Of a DNA stretch of 64,000 bases, positions 46,907 to 55,828 are shown piece by piece. The position numbers and the translations under genes were made by a program. The notes beneath the pieces were generated by a model that had not been told where the DNA came from, ran no database searches, and saw only the letters and a list, made by a program, of their open reading frames with translations. The stretch is from a virus: positions 105,414 through 169,413 of IMG/VR virus record IMGVR_UViG_3300025150_000003. One strand, 5' to 3'. The stretch's first letter is position 1, and every line of letters begins with the position of its first letter.

Positions 46907-46948
46907 GTGATGATTCCTATGTGGGTCTAAACCCTAGAAATCATTGGA

Positions 46949-49900
46949 TTACAACTGGGACCGAAGGTGGAAGGTTAGCACAATATACAAGAGGGGAAAA
47001 ACCGGCTGGTAGTACGCTTCCACGTTCGCTGTCGTCGGGTCCTCCGGGTCCACCTGGGCCTTGAGGCCGGTGTAGATCGCGATGATCTGCTGCTTGACCA
47101 GCGTCTGCATCATCTTCGCGAGCCGACCCTCAATCTGGCTGAGGATGCCCGGCAGGAACTTCATCCCGATGAACTGGTCCAACGTCGCCCGGCTCTGCTG
47201 CTGAACGTGGTCCGCGATGAGCCGAACAGTCGGGGTCTTCGTCAGCACGTTGGTCATGTCGGTCGTGAGACCGTGACGAACCTGGATGAAGGGCGGCTTG
47301 TCGGTCAGCACGGTGACACCCGCCACCGCAATCTGGTTCTGCTGCACAGCATCCAGCGAACGAGCAAGCTGCGTCGGCCCGACCAACCGACGCCTCGTCC
47401 AGGGGGAGGCCACGTCGTAGTTCGGCGAGACCACGGAACCGGTGAGCATGGCCGCCAGGTACGGACCGTCGATGAGATGCTCCTTGGTGGTCCCGTTCGA
47501 GTCCTCGATGCCGATCAGAGCCATGTCCGGGTAGACCACCCGCATCCGGTCGCTGTGCAGGGTCTGAGCCAGCGTCTTCACCCCGGCTTCTGTCGTCCCC
47601 GAGGCCACCCCGATGATGCTCGTCCGCTCCTGACGGTAGCGGATGGACGACTGGATGTCGTTGCTCCGAGCAAGAATCTGGAAGAGCGGCGTCGAGTCAC
47701 CCTTGAGCGGGGTGATGAGATCGGGGGTGATGTGACCCGGAAGCACACCCTCCAGCTCGGTGATGGCCGAGAGGTAGGTGTTCACGTCCGCGAAGTTGCT
47801 GTCCGTGGCACGTGGCACCTGCTTGATACCCACCAGCACGGCCCCGTTGATGATGGCCAGGAAGGCCGCCAACGAGACGGGGTTGTCCGGGTGGATGGCA
47901 CCGTAGGCACCGATGATGCTCTGCATCCGGGTGAAGAACGCCGTCGTGAAGTTCTGCTTCTGGTAGACGTAGCTCGCGTAGTAGAGATCGCCGATGGCCG
48001 GCTCCTCACCACCACGCGGGTAGGTCGTCACCAGAGCCGTGTCCCCAGCACCGACACCCGAGGTGTTGGCCACCAGCAGCTCGATACCCGGGATGGACCG
48101 GATCGGGATGTTGGCGTTCGCCGTGACCGTCTGAGCCACACGGAACTGGAGGGTCGCCGCCGCCGGGTAGGAGATCCACGGACCCACCGAGTTGTCGTGC
48201 CAGCCACGCGGCAGGATGGTGAAGGTCAGGCCCGTCACCTCATCCCGGTAGGTCTGACCGATGACCCCATCCTGACCCGTGCCCGCGTTGAGCACCGAGG
48301 TGTTGATGGAACCCGAACCATCCGCCCCGTTCGAGGAGGTGACGAAGTACCCGTTCATCGCGGGGTCACCAGCCGAACCAGCGTTGTTCAACTCGTCGAT
48401 GCCCGAGCCGACGTACAGCCAGGAACGGGTCGTAGCATCCAGCAGGGTGATGGTCGAGCCCGTACCGTAGTCCGCCCCCGCCTTGTCCGCCGAGATGATG
48501 TGCAGGTAGGTCCGGTTGGACGAATCCTGCACGACCTTGGCCAGAGCCTGGTCCGCGAAGTCCGTGTTGGTCTGGGTGGAGCTGAAGTCCCAGTAGAAGT
48601 TCGAAAGGCTACCACCCGACCACTCGCGGTTGCCGTTGAGAGCCGAGGCCAGAACCTCTGCACTGACCAGCGTGCGGACCGCCACGGTGCCCTGGGCGAA
48701 CCCGAGGACCGAGTTGGCCGAGCCAGCACCGATCTCCACCCGACCCGTGTCGTAGTAGCTCTGACTCGTGAGCCGGATGCCGGCACCCTCAGGCCGGCAG
48801 ATGAGAGCGGTCTGCACCGCTCCAATAGCACCCCAGGTGCCATTGGCTGCCAGCTCGGTCTGGATCTGCCGGATGACGGTGCCCGCCGCGCTCTCGATGC
48901 CGAGCAGTGTGGTTGTACCCGCCCCGGAGGCCGCGAACGTCACCTTGATGGGCTGGCTGTCGAGGGTGAACTCGAACACGTTGTTGGCCGGCTGCGACCC
49001 AGAACCATCGTAGAACACGACCTGAGGCTCACCCGCCGTGTTAGTGCCACCACCAAACCCGACGCGACCAAGAATCGTACCCCGCTGGACCGTGGCCCCC
49101 GGGGCCGCCGAGGCGAAGTCCCCGTTGGAGAGCCCGGCCTTGGTGTTGCCGGAGCCCGCCCCAACCAGGAGCTGGCACTGCCCGACCACATCCAGAGCCG
49201 ACATCGAGTTGCCGCCGGGGTGGATACGGTTGCGGAGCAGGAGCCGGTCGAAGCTGTTGACGGAACCGACCGTGACCCGGTAGGGGGTCGCGATACCGGC
49301 GTCGATGACCGGACCCGTGTCGTTGTTGCTGCTGATCAGCATCTTGGCCTGGACACCCGCTGCGGCATCCACATCGAACCCAACGAGCTGAGCCAGGTCG
49401 TCCACCGAGGCACCTTGCTCGACGAACTCCAGGTAGCACGCACGGTCGGTCGGGCAGCACTGGAGCGTGAGCTGGAGTCGGCCGTCGCCATCCACCGAGA
49501 AGATGAAATCGAGACCCTCCAGACCCGCACCAATGACACCCTGGGCCAGAAGGCCAGGAGCCGCCGGGGGAGTGTCGAAGGTGTGCCCACCGACCGGGGT
49601 GGCACCACGGTAGATGACGTTCAGGGCCGTGGCCAGGGCCGCCACCGAGGCGTGGAGGACGTTCACCGTGGCGCTGCCTGAGAAGGCCGCGTTCACGTCA
49701 CCGAGGACACGCACGGTCAGGGTGTCAAACCCTGCACCACCGGAGAGGTCGATGGGGCCGTTGAACCGGGTGGCACCCTTGATGACCGGCATCGTGTCCG
49801 GGTTGTACATCCGATAGTCGTCACCGACCGTGAAGACGTTGGCACCGTCGATGGGGCCTTCCAGCGTGACGAGACCCGAGGTCCCGTTGTAACTGAGCAC

Positions 49901-52306
49901 CGTGCCGACCGAACCAGGGGTGATGGCGAAAGCATTCGCCCCCACCACGACCCGCCAACCCTTGTAGAAGTCGGTGATGGGCACTCGGACGTTGGGGCCA
50001 GCCGTGAAGGCCGTGGTCGTGGGACCGACGGCACCCACCGTGCCAACGTGACCATCGGCCGCCTCGATGATGGCCTGAGCGAAGTCCGCCACCGTGGCGC
50101 TGACCGCTGGCACCGGGAGGGTCGCCGTGATCTCCACACCATCGACGGTGAGAAGAATCTGCTCTGCACCACCCGTGAACTCCGCCGCGAGGAACGTGGT
50201 CCCGTTCGGGTAGGCGATGGCGTCACCGACGAAGTGGGGCATGATGCCCTTACCCGTCGAGCCCGTACCACCGGAGATGAGGTCGAGACTCACTCCAGCG
50301 ACCGGAAGTACCGTCTGAGCGTTGACCGTCATCGCGATGAGGTCGGACTCAGCGGGGATGAAGGCGTAGGGGGCCGACCCCTTGACCGTGAACAGTGCCG
50401 GAGTGTCCGGGGTGTCCGCGAAGGTGACCGTGACCACCTCCTCGACAGGACCGGTGAAGTCGATGCCCGACCCACCCTCGAAGTGGAGATCAGGGCTCAG
50501 CTCCGACCCACTGGGGAAGACCACCTCGACACCCGTGAGACCCGCCGACTTCGTCGTGTTGTCGAAGGTCGGGGTGTAGATCGGGTTGCCGCTGGAGTCC
50601 ACGATAGTGAAGGAACCCACGCCGCTGACGCCCGGAAGGACGACGGCCAGCATGTACTCCATGTCCGTGATCATGTTGTGGTAGAAGGTCGCGTAGACCG
50701 TCGCCCCCACAGGGACCGCCGACTGGAGGGTCACCACCGACCCCTCGACCTGGATGGTCGTGACCTTGCCACGGGCAAAAGCATCATCCAAACCGAAGCC
50801 CCAGTACACGTCCACCACGTCGGGACGGTTGACCGGGACACCGATCTTGTTGTTCGAGATGCTCTGGAACAGGCTCTGGCCGAGGCTCGTGTCGCGCCCG
50901 TTGCCCAGCGTCGGGTTCATGGGGAGCTGGAAGCTCGTCCCGCTCACCACCCCCTGAGCCGATACCACCGGGGTGCAGACCGACATGAAGGTCTTGTTGT
51001 CGATGAGGGTCGGCGTGATCTGCGTCTCGTCGAACCGCTCCGTACCCGTGGTCGTGGTGCCCGAGGCGACCGCAGCCGCCGTGCCCCACATCACCCGGTC
51101 GTTCTGAAGGATGAAGTCCGTACCCTGGGTGTACTGGCTGCCACTCGGCACATCACCAACACGGGTCAGGCTCGTCACGTTGACGTGAGCCAGGTAGTCG
51201 AACGTGTCCTGCCAGGTGTTGAACCAGTAGGTCACTGTCACCTGAGCACCGGCCAGAGGAGCCTGGGCCAGCGTGACTGCTCGGGAAGCACCATCCACGC
51301 TCACCGGGATGACCTGCACCCCGTTGACCCTCACGACAACGTGGCTCGGGTCGGTCGTGGTGACACCACCGTTGCTCCCATCCACGATGGGGCCGTTGAA
51401 CGTGTAGAAGGTCTTGCGCCGGACACTGGTCTGACCGGCCGCCAGACCAAGAAGGGCATTCGCCGAGCCTTCCAGGACCGTAAGGTCATGCTGCGAGTTG
51501 AGCGCCAGAGCGTTCTCCCCGTAGTTGTTGACGAAAGTGCTGCCCGTCAGCGTCCCCAGACCAGCGGCAGAGATCACGTTGGCGATCTGCTGCATCGTGT
51601 AGGTGGTCTTCGGCGTCAGCGTGAGGGCCACCGTGGTCCCATCCACGACCAGGTTCAGAACGTTGTTCGCCGGGACGATGATGGCCCCCGTCGGCCCGAG
51701 CACGTCAGCGTGCAGGTCGATGACAGCCGTTCCCGGCGTCGGGGCGTTCACGTCCTTGAGACCCACAGCCGCTCGGATGATGGCGTTCTCCGCCGTCACC
51801 TGGTCCGACAGGTTGTCCGTGACCAGCGTGTCCTCACGGTTGAAGTAGTAGCTGATGCGAACCAGGTCACCGAGCCTTGGGGCCTGGCTCAGAGTGATGA
51901 TGCCGGCAGCACCATCAACGGCCAGCACGACGGTCGGGAGACCGTTGATGGTCACCGTCACATCCCTGCGGCTGTTGGTGGTCGTCCCTCGACCGGAGCC
52001 ATCCACGATGGGCAGATTCCGCACCTGCACACGGGTCAGGACACCATCGAAAGCACCCCGGGTCACGACGCCCGTGGCCGAGATGTTGGTGACCGCACGG
52101 CCGGTTAGGTCCTCGCCAACGATGCGCTGGTCCACCGTGGAGGAAGAGCCTCGCACGACTTCCAGGTCCACCTGGCTGAGGTACTCGTTGCCCTCACCGA
52201 TGAAGACCGGAATCTTCAGCGACTCGATCGCACCCTGGAGCGGGTTGTCGTAGTCGGTCTGGGTGACAACGCTGGGGGGGGCGTAGAACTGTCCGGGGAA
52301 AGCCAT
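46949..52306 (-). CDS. Tail sheath protein, unusually large (1785 aa)
   Basis: N-terminal YAPPSVVTQT...IPVFIGEG. C-terminal sheath core (VRHGLTTD...TVRLIADHV...FIGMK...VEAYYQPVFPLLYIVLTF). GAGGTG RBS. Strongly G/C-ending codons. Confidence 0.9.
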   Translation of the reverse strand: MAFPGQFYAPPSVVTQTDYDNPLQGAIESLKIPVFIGEGNEYLSQVDLEVVRGSSSTVDQRIVGEDLTGRAVTNISATGVVTRGAFDGVLTRVQVRNLPIVDGSGRGTTTNSRRDVTVTINGLPTVVLAVDGAAGIITLSQAPRLGDLVRISYYFNREDTLVTDNLSDQVTAENAIIRAAVGLKDVNAPTPGTAVIDLHADVLGPTGAIIVPANNVLNLVVDGTTVALTLTPKTTYTMQQIANVISAAGLGTLTGSTFVNNYGENALALNSQHDLTVLEGSANALLGLAAGQTSVRRKTFYTFNGPIVDGSNGGVTTTDPSHVVVRVNGVQVIPVSVDGASRAVTLAQAPLAGAQVTVTYWFNTWQDTFDYLAHVNVTSLTRVGDVPSGSQYTQGTDFILQNDRVMWGTAAAVASGTTTTGTERFDETQITPTLIDNKTFMSVCTPVVSAQGVVSGTSFQLPMNPTLGNGRDTSLGQSLFQSISNNKIGVPVNRPDVVDVYWGFGLDDAFARGKVTTIQVEGSVVTLQSAVPVGATVYATFYHNMITDMEYMLAVVLPGVSGVGSFTIVDSSGNPIYTPTFDNTTKSAGLTGVEVVFPSGSELSPDLHFEGGSGIDFTGPVEEVVTVTFADTPDTPALFTVKGSAPYAFIPAESDLIAMTVNAQTVLPVAGVSLDLISGGTGSTGKGIMPHFVGDAIAYPNGTTFLAAEFTGGAEQILLTVDGVEITATLPVPAVSATVADFAQAIIEAADGHVGTVGAVGPTTTAFTAGPNVRVPITDFYKGWRVVVGANAFAITPGSVGTVLSYNGTSGLVTLEGPIDGANVFTVGDDYRMYNPDTMPVIKGATRFNGPIDLSGGAGFDTLTVRVLGDVNAAFSGSATVNVLHASVAALATALNVIYRGATPVGGHTFDTPPAAPGLLAQGVIGAGLEGLDFIFSVDGDGRLQLTLQCCPTDRACYLEFVEQGASVDDLAQLVGFDVDAAAGVQAKMLISSNNDTGPVIDAGIATPYRVTVGSVNSFDRLLLRNRIHPGGNSMSALDVVGQCQLLVGAGSGNTKAGLSNGDFASAAPGATVQRGTILGRVGFGGGTNTAGEPQVVFYDGSGSQPANNVFEFTLDSQPIKVTFAASGAGTTTLLGIESAAGTVIRQIQTELAANGTWGAIGAVQTALICRPEGAGIRLTSQSYYDTGRVEIGAGSANSVLGFAQGTVAVRTLVSAEVLASALNGNREWSGGSLSNFYWDFSSTQTNTDFADQALAKVVQDSSNRTYLHIISADKAGADYGTGSTITLLDATTRSWLYVGSGIDELNNAGSAGDPAMNGYFVTSSNGADGSGSINTSVLNAGTGQDGVIGQTYRDEVTGLTFTILPRGWHDNSVGPWISYPAAATLQFRVAQTVTANANIPIRSIPGIELLVANTSGVGAGDTALVTTYPRGGEEPAIGDLYYASYVYQKQNFTTAFFTRMQSIIGAYGAIHPDNPVSLAAFLAIINGAVLVGIKQVPRATDSNFADVNTYLSAITELEGVLPGHITPDLITPLKGDSTPLFQILARSNDIQSSIRYRQERTSIIGVASGTTEAGVKTLAQTLHSDRMRVVYPDMALIGIEDSNGTTKEHLIDGPYLAAMLTGSVVSPNYDVASPWTRRRLVGPTQLARSLDAVQQNQIAVAGVTVLTDKPPFIQVRHGLTTDMTNVLTKTPTVRLIADHVQQQSRATLDQFIGMKFLPGILSQIEGRLAKMMQTLVKQQIIAIYTGLKAQVDPEDPTTANVEAYYQPVFPLLYIVLTFHLRSQL

Positions 52307-52532
52307 CTGGGCACCTCACTGCGGGTCGTTTTGACGTTCTCTGCGCTAGGGCAGAGGGAAACCGCTCTACATGGATCCATCCCCTGCCGGAGCAGGAAGA
52401 GGCAGGTTCCCTTGTGGGGAAGCACCAGTGCAGGTCATCGGTCTGTCTATCGTGCCCATCCTAGCCCCGAAGCCAGGAGGTGGTGCCCGGGTGTTTTCAC
52501 CCTTTGCTGTTTACAGGGGCCGCATAGTCAAA
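52307..52532 (-). promoter_or_regulatory. Structured 5' leader of the sheath gene, copy S of the duplicated element
   Basis: At least five hairpins. G-U wobbles form only on the minus strand. Shares motifs with 35290..35538. GGGCACC and CACCUC are complementary to the RBS region GAGGUGCCC. Confidence 0.6.
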
Positions 52533-52970
52533 CTAACGGCCTGCCGTCTCCTTACGCTTCCACTCCCCGGCTTTCTGATGAATCTTCTGGGCTCGCTCAT
52601 GCACGGCGCGCTCCTCTGGACGAAGGACCCCATAACTGCCATCAGGTTGCCGACTAAGTTGATGGCCGTCCACCCCTGCTGAAGCCATCACCTCTTCCTT
52701 CTGGCGCTTCCGGGCCTCTGCCACATCCCAGCCCTGAGCAGAGGACTGGCCGATCACCCGGTCGATGTGGGTGTCGAGGTCGTGGATGCCAGTGTTCTGG
52801 GGCATCGGACCCGTGACGGATTTCGTGAACTGCCCTGACACCGTCGCGGGAGGGATGGGAGGAGCTTCCTCACCACAGGAAGGACAGGACTTGGCCTTCC
52901 TGCGGTCTGCGATGGGGGCTCGCTGATCGAACTGCACGCCACAGGCGCATTGATAGGTGTAGGTTGGCAA
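52533..52970 (-). CDS. FmdB-family zinc-ribbon protein
   Basis: MPTYTYQCACGVQF...CPSCG signature; TTG start. Confidence 0.75.
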   Translation of the reverse strand: MPTYTYQCACGVQFDQRAPIADRRKAKSCPSCGEEAPPIPPATVSGQFTKSVTGPMPQNTGIHDLDTHIDRVIGQSSAQGWDVAEARKRQKEEVMASAGVDGHQLSRQPDGSYGVLRPEERAVHERAQKIHQKAGEWKRKETAGR

Positions 52971-52972
52971 AA

Positions 52973-53209
52973 TCAGCCCTCCTCGATCAATTTCCTACGG
53001 GAATCCTGTGTAGCCATCTGGCTACTGCGCATCTCCAGAGTTGACGAGGAATGAAGGTCCTTGAGGTTGATGTAGTGGAAATCCTCATCGTGGTGAAACC
53101 CAATGCGCCGATGAAGGGGGTCATCCACATAGAGAAGTTCCTGACTCTGCTCTCGCAGTGATTGTGCGTGGAGGAGCCATGACTGAGTGTCCTTGTACTG
53201 AATATCCAT
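52973..53209 (-). CDS. Hypothetical protein (78 aa)
   Basis: Packed in the late operon. Confidence 0.6.
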   Translation of the reverse strand: MDIQYKDTQSWLLHAQSLREQSQELLYVDDPLHRRIGFHHDEDFHYINLKDLHSSSTLEMRSSQMATQDSRRKLIEEG

Positions 53210-53210
53210 G

Positions 53211-54458
53211 TTATTTCACCATCTCGAAGGTGCCCTGCCGTCCAGACCAGAAGGGGTCTTCAACAGCTTCCACACCCAGGGCCTCAAGTACCTTGATGTT
53301 ACCATCCTGACCCTTGAGATCATCGTCGGTCATGCCAGCAATCTCTTGATGCTGGCTTGGGGTCAACGAGGCCGCCATCCGAAGGTAGCCGTCGATGGGG
53401 ACATGGATGGACCAATCCGTCTGAACGGTCATCGAGAAGCTCGCGTTGTAGAAGTAGTCGTCCCCGTTCTCATCGTAGATCTCTTCGGACTCGCCACCCA
53501 TCGTCACGTCAGTGATCTCGATGCCCTGATGCGACAGGTGGGACCGAAGCACACCCCACAAGTACACGACCGTTTGGTCCACGATCTCCTGCTGGGCGTA
53601 GACGTCTCGACTCATCACATCGCAGTCCAGGCTCAACTCCCACTTGCCACCGTATTCCATGTACGAGGGCCGCCGGATGTCATTGACCATCACCGCAAGT
53701 TGGTCACCCGCTTGGCAACGACGACCGAACGCCAACACCACCCCGGGGATGGCTCTGTTGTTTGCGTGCATCTCACGGATCGGGAACGGGCCGTAGGACT
53801 CCGCCTGGTAGCGATAGTCCGCCTGCAACCAGCGGCCCCCTGTGAGGGCCGTGGTCAAAGTCACCCCGCCCGTCGTGTTGCCCGCTCCGTCCAGGTCCAG
53901 GCTGTAGTTCGTCCCCTCGACCAAGCGGAAGCCTGAGGGCATCTCGAACAGTCTCAGCCAACGCGCAGGAGGATGAGCAAGCCGAGCGTGGATTTCATCA
54001 ACCAGTGTGACGGCCTCTCGGGTGACCTCGACGAGAGGGTCCACATAGAACACCAGGTCCACACTGGCTGCTCTCCCACACGCGGATGCCTCGGCGTTGG
54101 AGTCTGCTGCGACGATGTCGATGTAGTAGATGCCCGGAGCCGAGGGGAAGTAGCCGTTGTTCTCCTGAATGGCCCGGCCATCTTCCCGCACCCACTCAAT
54201 CGAGAAACCTGGCTTGTTCTTGACCCGTGTGAGCAAGCAATAGGACTCGATGACCCCGATGTAGTTGTCGGCCGACAAGTCCACACGGTTGCCAGAGCCA
54301 GTCTTGATGATGATGCCGTGCTGGGGGCGCTCCTTGAAAGAGAACTTCCCCTGGATGTTCGGCACCAAATCGTCACGGTACTTCGGGTGGTGCGACCAGT
54401 ACCGACGCAGCTCCTCGATGAATCGCCTCTTTACGGCTTCAGTGAGCTGGAAATACAT
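53211..54458 (-). CDS. Tail terminator/tail completion-like protein (415 aa)
   Basis: Upstream of sheath; C-terminal ELSLDCDVMSRD...YFYNASFSMTVQTDW pattern. Confidence 0.55.
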   Translation of the reverse strand: MYFQLTEAVKRRFIEELRRYWSHHPKYRDDLVPNIQGKFSFKERPQHGIIIKTGSGNRVDLSADNYIGVIESYCLLTRVKNKPGFSIEWVREDGRAIQENNGYFPSAPGIYYIDIVAADSNAEASACGRAASVDLVFYVDPLVEVTREAVTLVDEIHARLAHPPARWLRLFEMPSGFRLVEGTNYSLDLDGAGNTTGGVTLTTALTGGRWLQADYRYQAESYGPFPIREMHANNRAIPGVVLAFGRRCQAGDQLAVMVNDIRRPSYMEYGGKWELSLDCDVMSRDVYAQQEIVDQTVVYLWGVLRSHLSHQGIEITDVTMGGESEEIYDENGDDYFYNASFSMTVQTDWSIHVPIDGYLRMAASLTPSQHQEIAGMTDDDLKGQDGNIKVLEALGVEAVEDPFWSGRQGTFEMVK

Positions 54459-54480
54459 CGAGTCGCCTCCGACAAGTACC

Positions 54481-54987
54481 CTACTCCTCGCCGGGGATAG
54501 GCGAATCAGTGAGCGATCTCAACAGGATCACGTCGCAGTCATTCTTGACCATGTGGACGAGTGAACCATCCGCCATCCGCAAGATGGTCCCGAAGAGCGT
54601 GGTGGGTGACCCGAAGGTTGGGGGGTCTCCATGCCATTCTCCTTGAGGCTTCGTTCCGGGCTCGGGCTGGCAGGACTTCGCCTCCTCGAATCGGTTGGGG
54701 ATGCGACGGTAGACCTTGCACTCCTGCACCTTCCCCTCTTCCTTCGGAAGAAGATCGATGGTCACTCCTTTATCATCGTCGTTCTCCCAATGTCCGTACT
54801 TCCCGGTGGGCTGGTCCATCAACTGTTCTGGAAGAAGGGCGGCGGGAGGGATTTTGCCAAGGGGCTTGGCAGGCTGCACGGCAGCCGTAAACTTCTTGTG
54901 GAGTCGATCCACGTTCCGAGGGTCACCCATCTGAGCTTCCAACTCGACCAGTTCCTCTGGAGTCATGTCAGTGACCAAAGCCATCAT
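54481..54987 (-). CDS. Hypothetical protein (168 aa)
   Basis: ATGA-coupled ORF. Confidence 0.6.
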   Translation of the reverse strand: MMALVTDMTPEELVELEAQMGDPRNVDRLHKKFTAAVQPAKPLGKIPPAALLPEQLMDQPTGKYGHWENDDDKGVTIDLLPKEEGKVQECKVYRRIPNRFEEAKSCQPEPGTKPQGEWHGDPPTFGSPTTLFGTILRMADGSLVHMVKNDCDVILLRSLTDSPIPGEE

Positions 54988-55202
54988 CCCACCTTCTTGC
55001 CGGTCAGGACGGTTGTAGCAATGGAGCTGGGATACACCCGGTTCACCTGACCGTCCGAACCGTACTCCCGCACGAGAGGCCCCACCTGTTCGATGTGCAG
55101 TTCATCGAACTCCATCACCGTAGGGACTTCCGAACACTGGCTCTCGATGATGAGACGCACTCCTGTCTTGATCACACTCATCCTCCCGTTGGACGACAAC
55201 AC
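54984..55202 (-). CDS. Hypothetical protein (~72 aa)
   Basis: Coupled ORF; start may be the internal MSVIK, which has a GGAGG RBS. Confidence 0.55.
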   Translation of the reverse strand: MLSSNGRMSVIKTGVRLIIESQCSEVPTVMEFDELHIEQVGPLVREYGSDGQVNRVYPSSIATTVLTGKKVG

Positions 55203-55205
55203 ACC

Positions 55206-55817
55206 CTACCGCTGAAGTTCAGCAATGACCGCTTTCAGGGCCTCTTCCTTGAGAATCTGGATGCAGCCTGCCTTGCCGGACTTGACCGCCCGCTGTGCAA
55301 AGGTGAACTTGGCAATGCCTGGGTGAATCCAAGCGTCGGGAGTCTTCAACGGAGCTGTTCTGAAGATCACCTGGCCGCCCTTGCCCTTGAGTGGGACCAC
55401 AAGAGGGAGACGGCCTCCGTCGGACACACGGCCGCTCTGCTTCATCCGCAGTTTCACCTCGCGTGGCGTGAGAGGATAGTCCTGAGGATGGTTGTCCTTG
55501 GCCTCCTGGGTGAGCCACGACATCCGACGTCGAGGGATGTCACGGGTGGTCAACACGTCGATGTCGGGGAACGTGCTCACCACCTCGATGGTCTTCTCCC
55601 CCCGGATCCTGTAGCTGAAAGAATCCCAGATCGGAGATGAGCCGTCCCGAGCCATGCCGGTCCAACCTCGCTTGGCGAAGTCCTTCTTGGCTTCCTTGAC
55701 GAACGAATCCACCAAGCACTCCCCGAGCCTGTTCAACAGCTCCTTGGTCACGGGGACCTCAAGAGTCTTGGATACGGGACCTCCGTAGATGCCCTTGATT
55801 CGTCCGATCTCAGCCAT
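55206..55817 (-). CDS. Neck/virion morphogenesis protein (HK97 gp10-like tail completion)
   Basis: Basic protein with IWDSFSYRI...WIHPGIAKFTFAQRAV; follows the head-closure gene. Confidence 0.55.
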   Translation of the reverse strand: MAEIGRIKGIYGGPVSKTLEVPVTKELLNRLGECLVDSFVKEAKKDFAKRGWTGMARDGSSPIWDSFSYRIRGEKTIEVVSTFPDIDVLTTRDIPRRRMSWLTQEAKDNHPQDYPLTPREVKLRMKQSGRVSDGGRLPLVVPLKGKGGQVIFRTAPLKTPDAWIHPGIAKFTFAQRAVKSGKAGCIQILKEEALKAVIAELQR

Positions 55818-55828
55818 CTAATACCCCG

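Noticed and set aside
47207-52108. Long plus-strand ORFs (824 aa, 686 aa; likewise 14109..15617, 9273..10550, 34960..36435)
   Set aside because: Antisense shadows of genes with strongly G/C-ending codons; R/G/H/V-rich with no protein motifs.
52440-52520. c-di-GMP-I riboswitch in the sheath leader (GCAAA...GAAA-like hairpin)
   Set aside because: Lacks the conserved GACGCAAAG junction and the P2 tetraloop receptor; resemblance is superficial.
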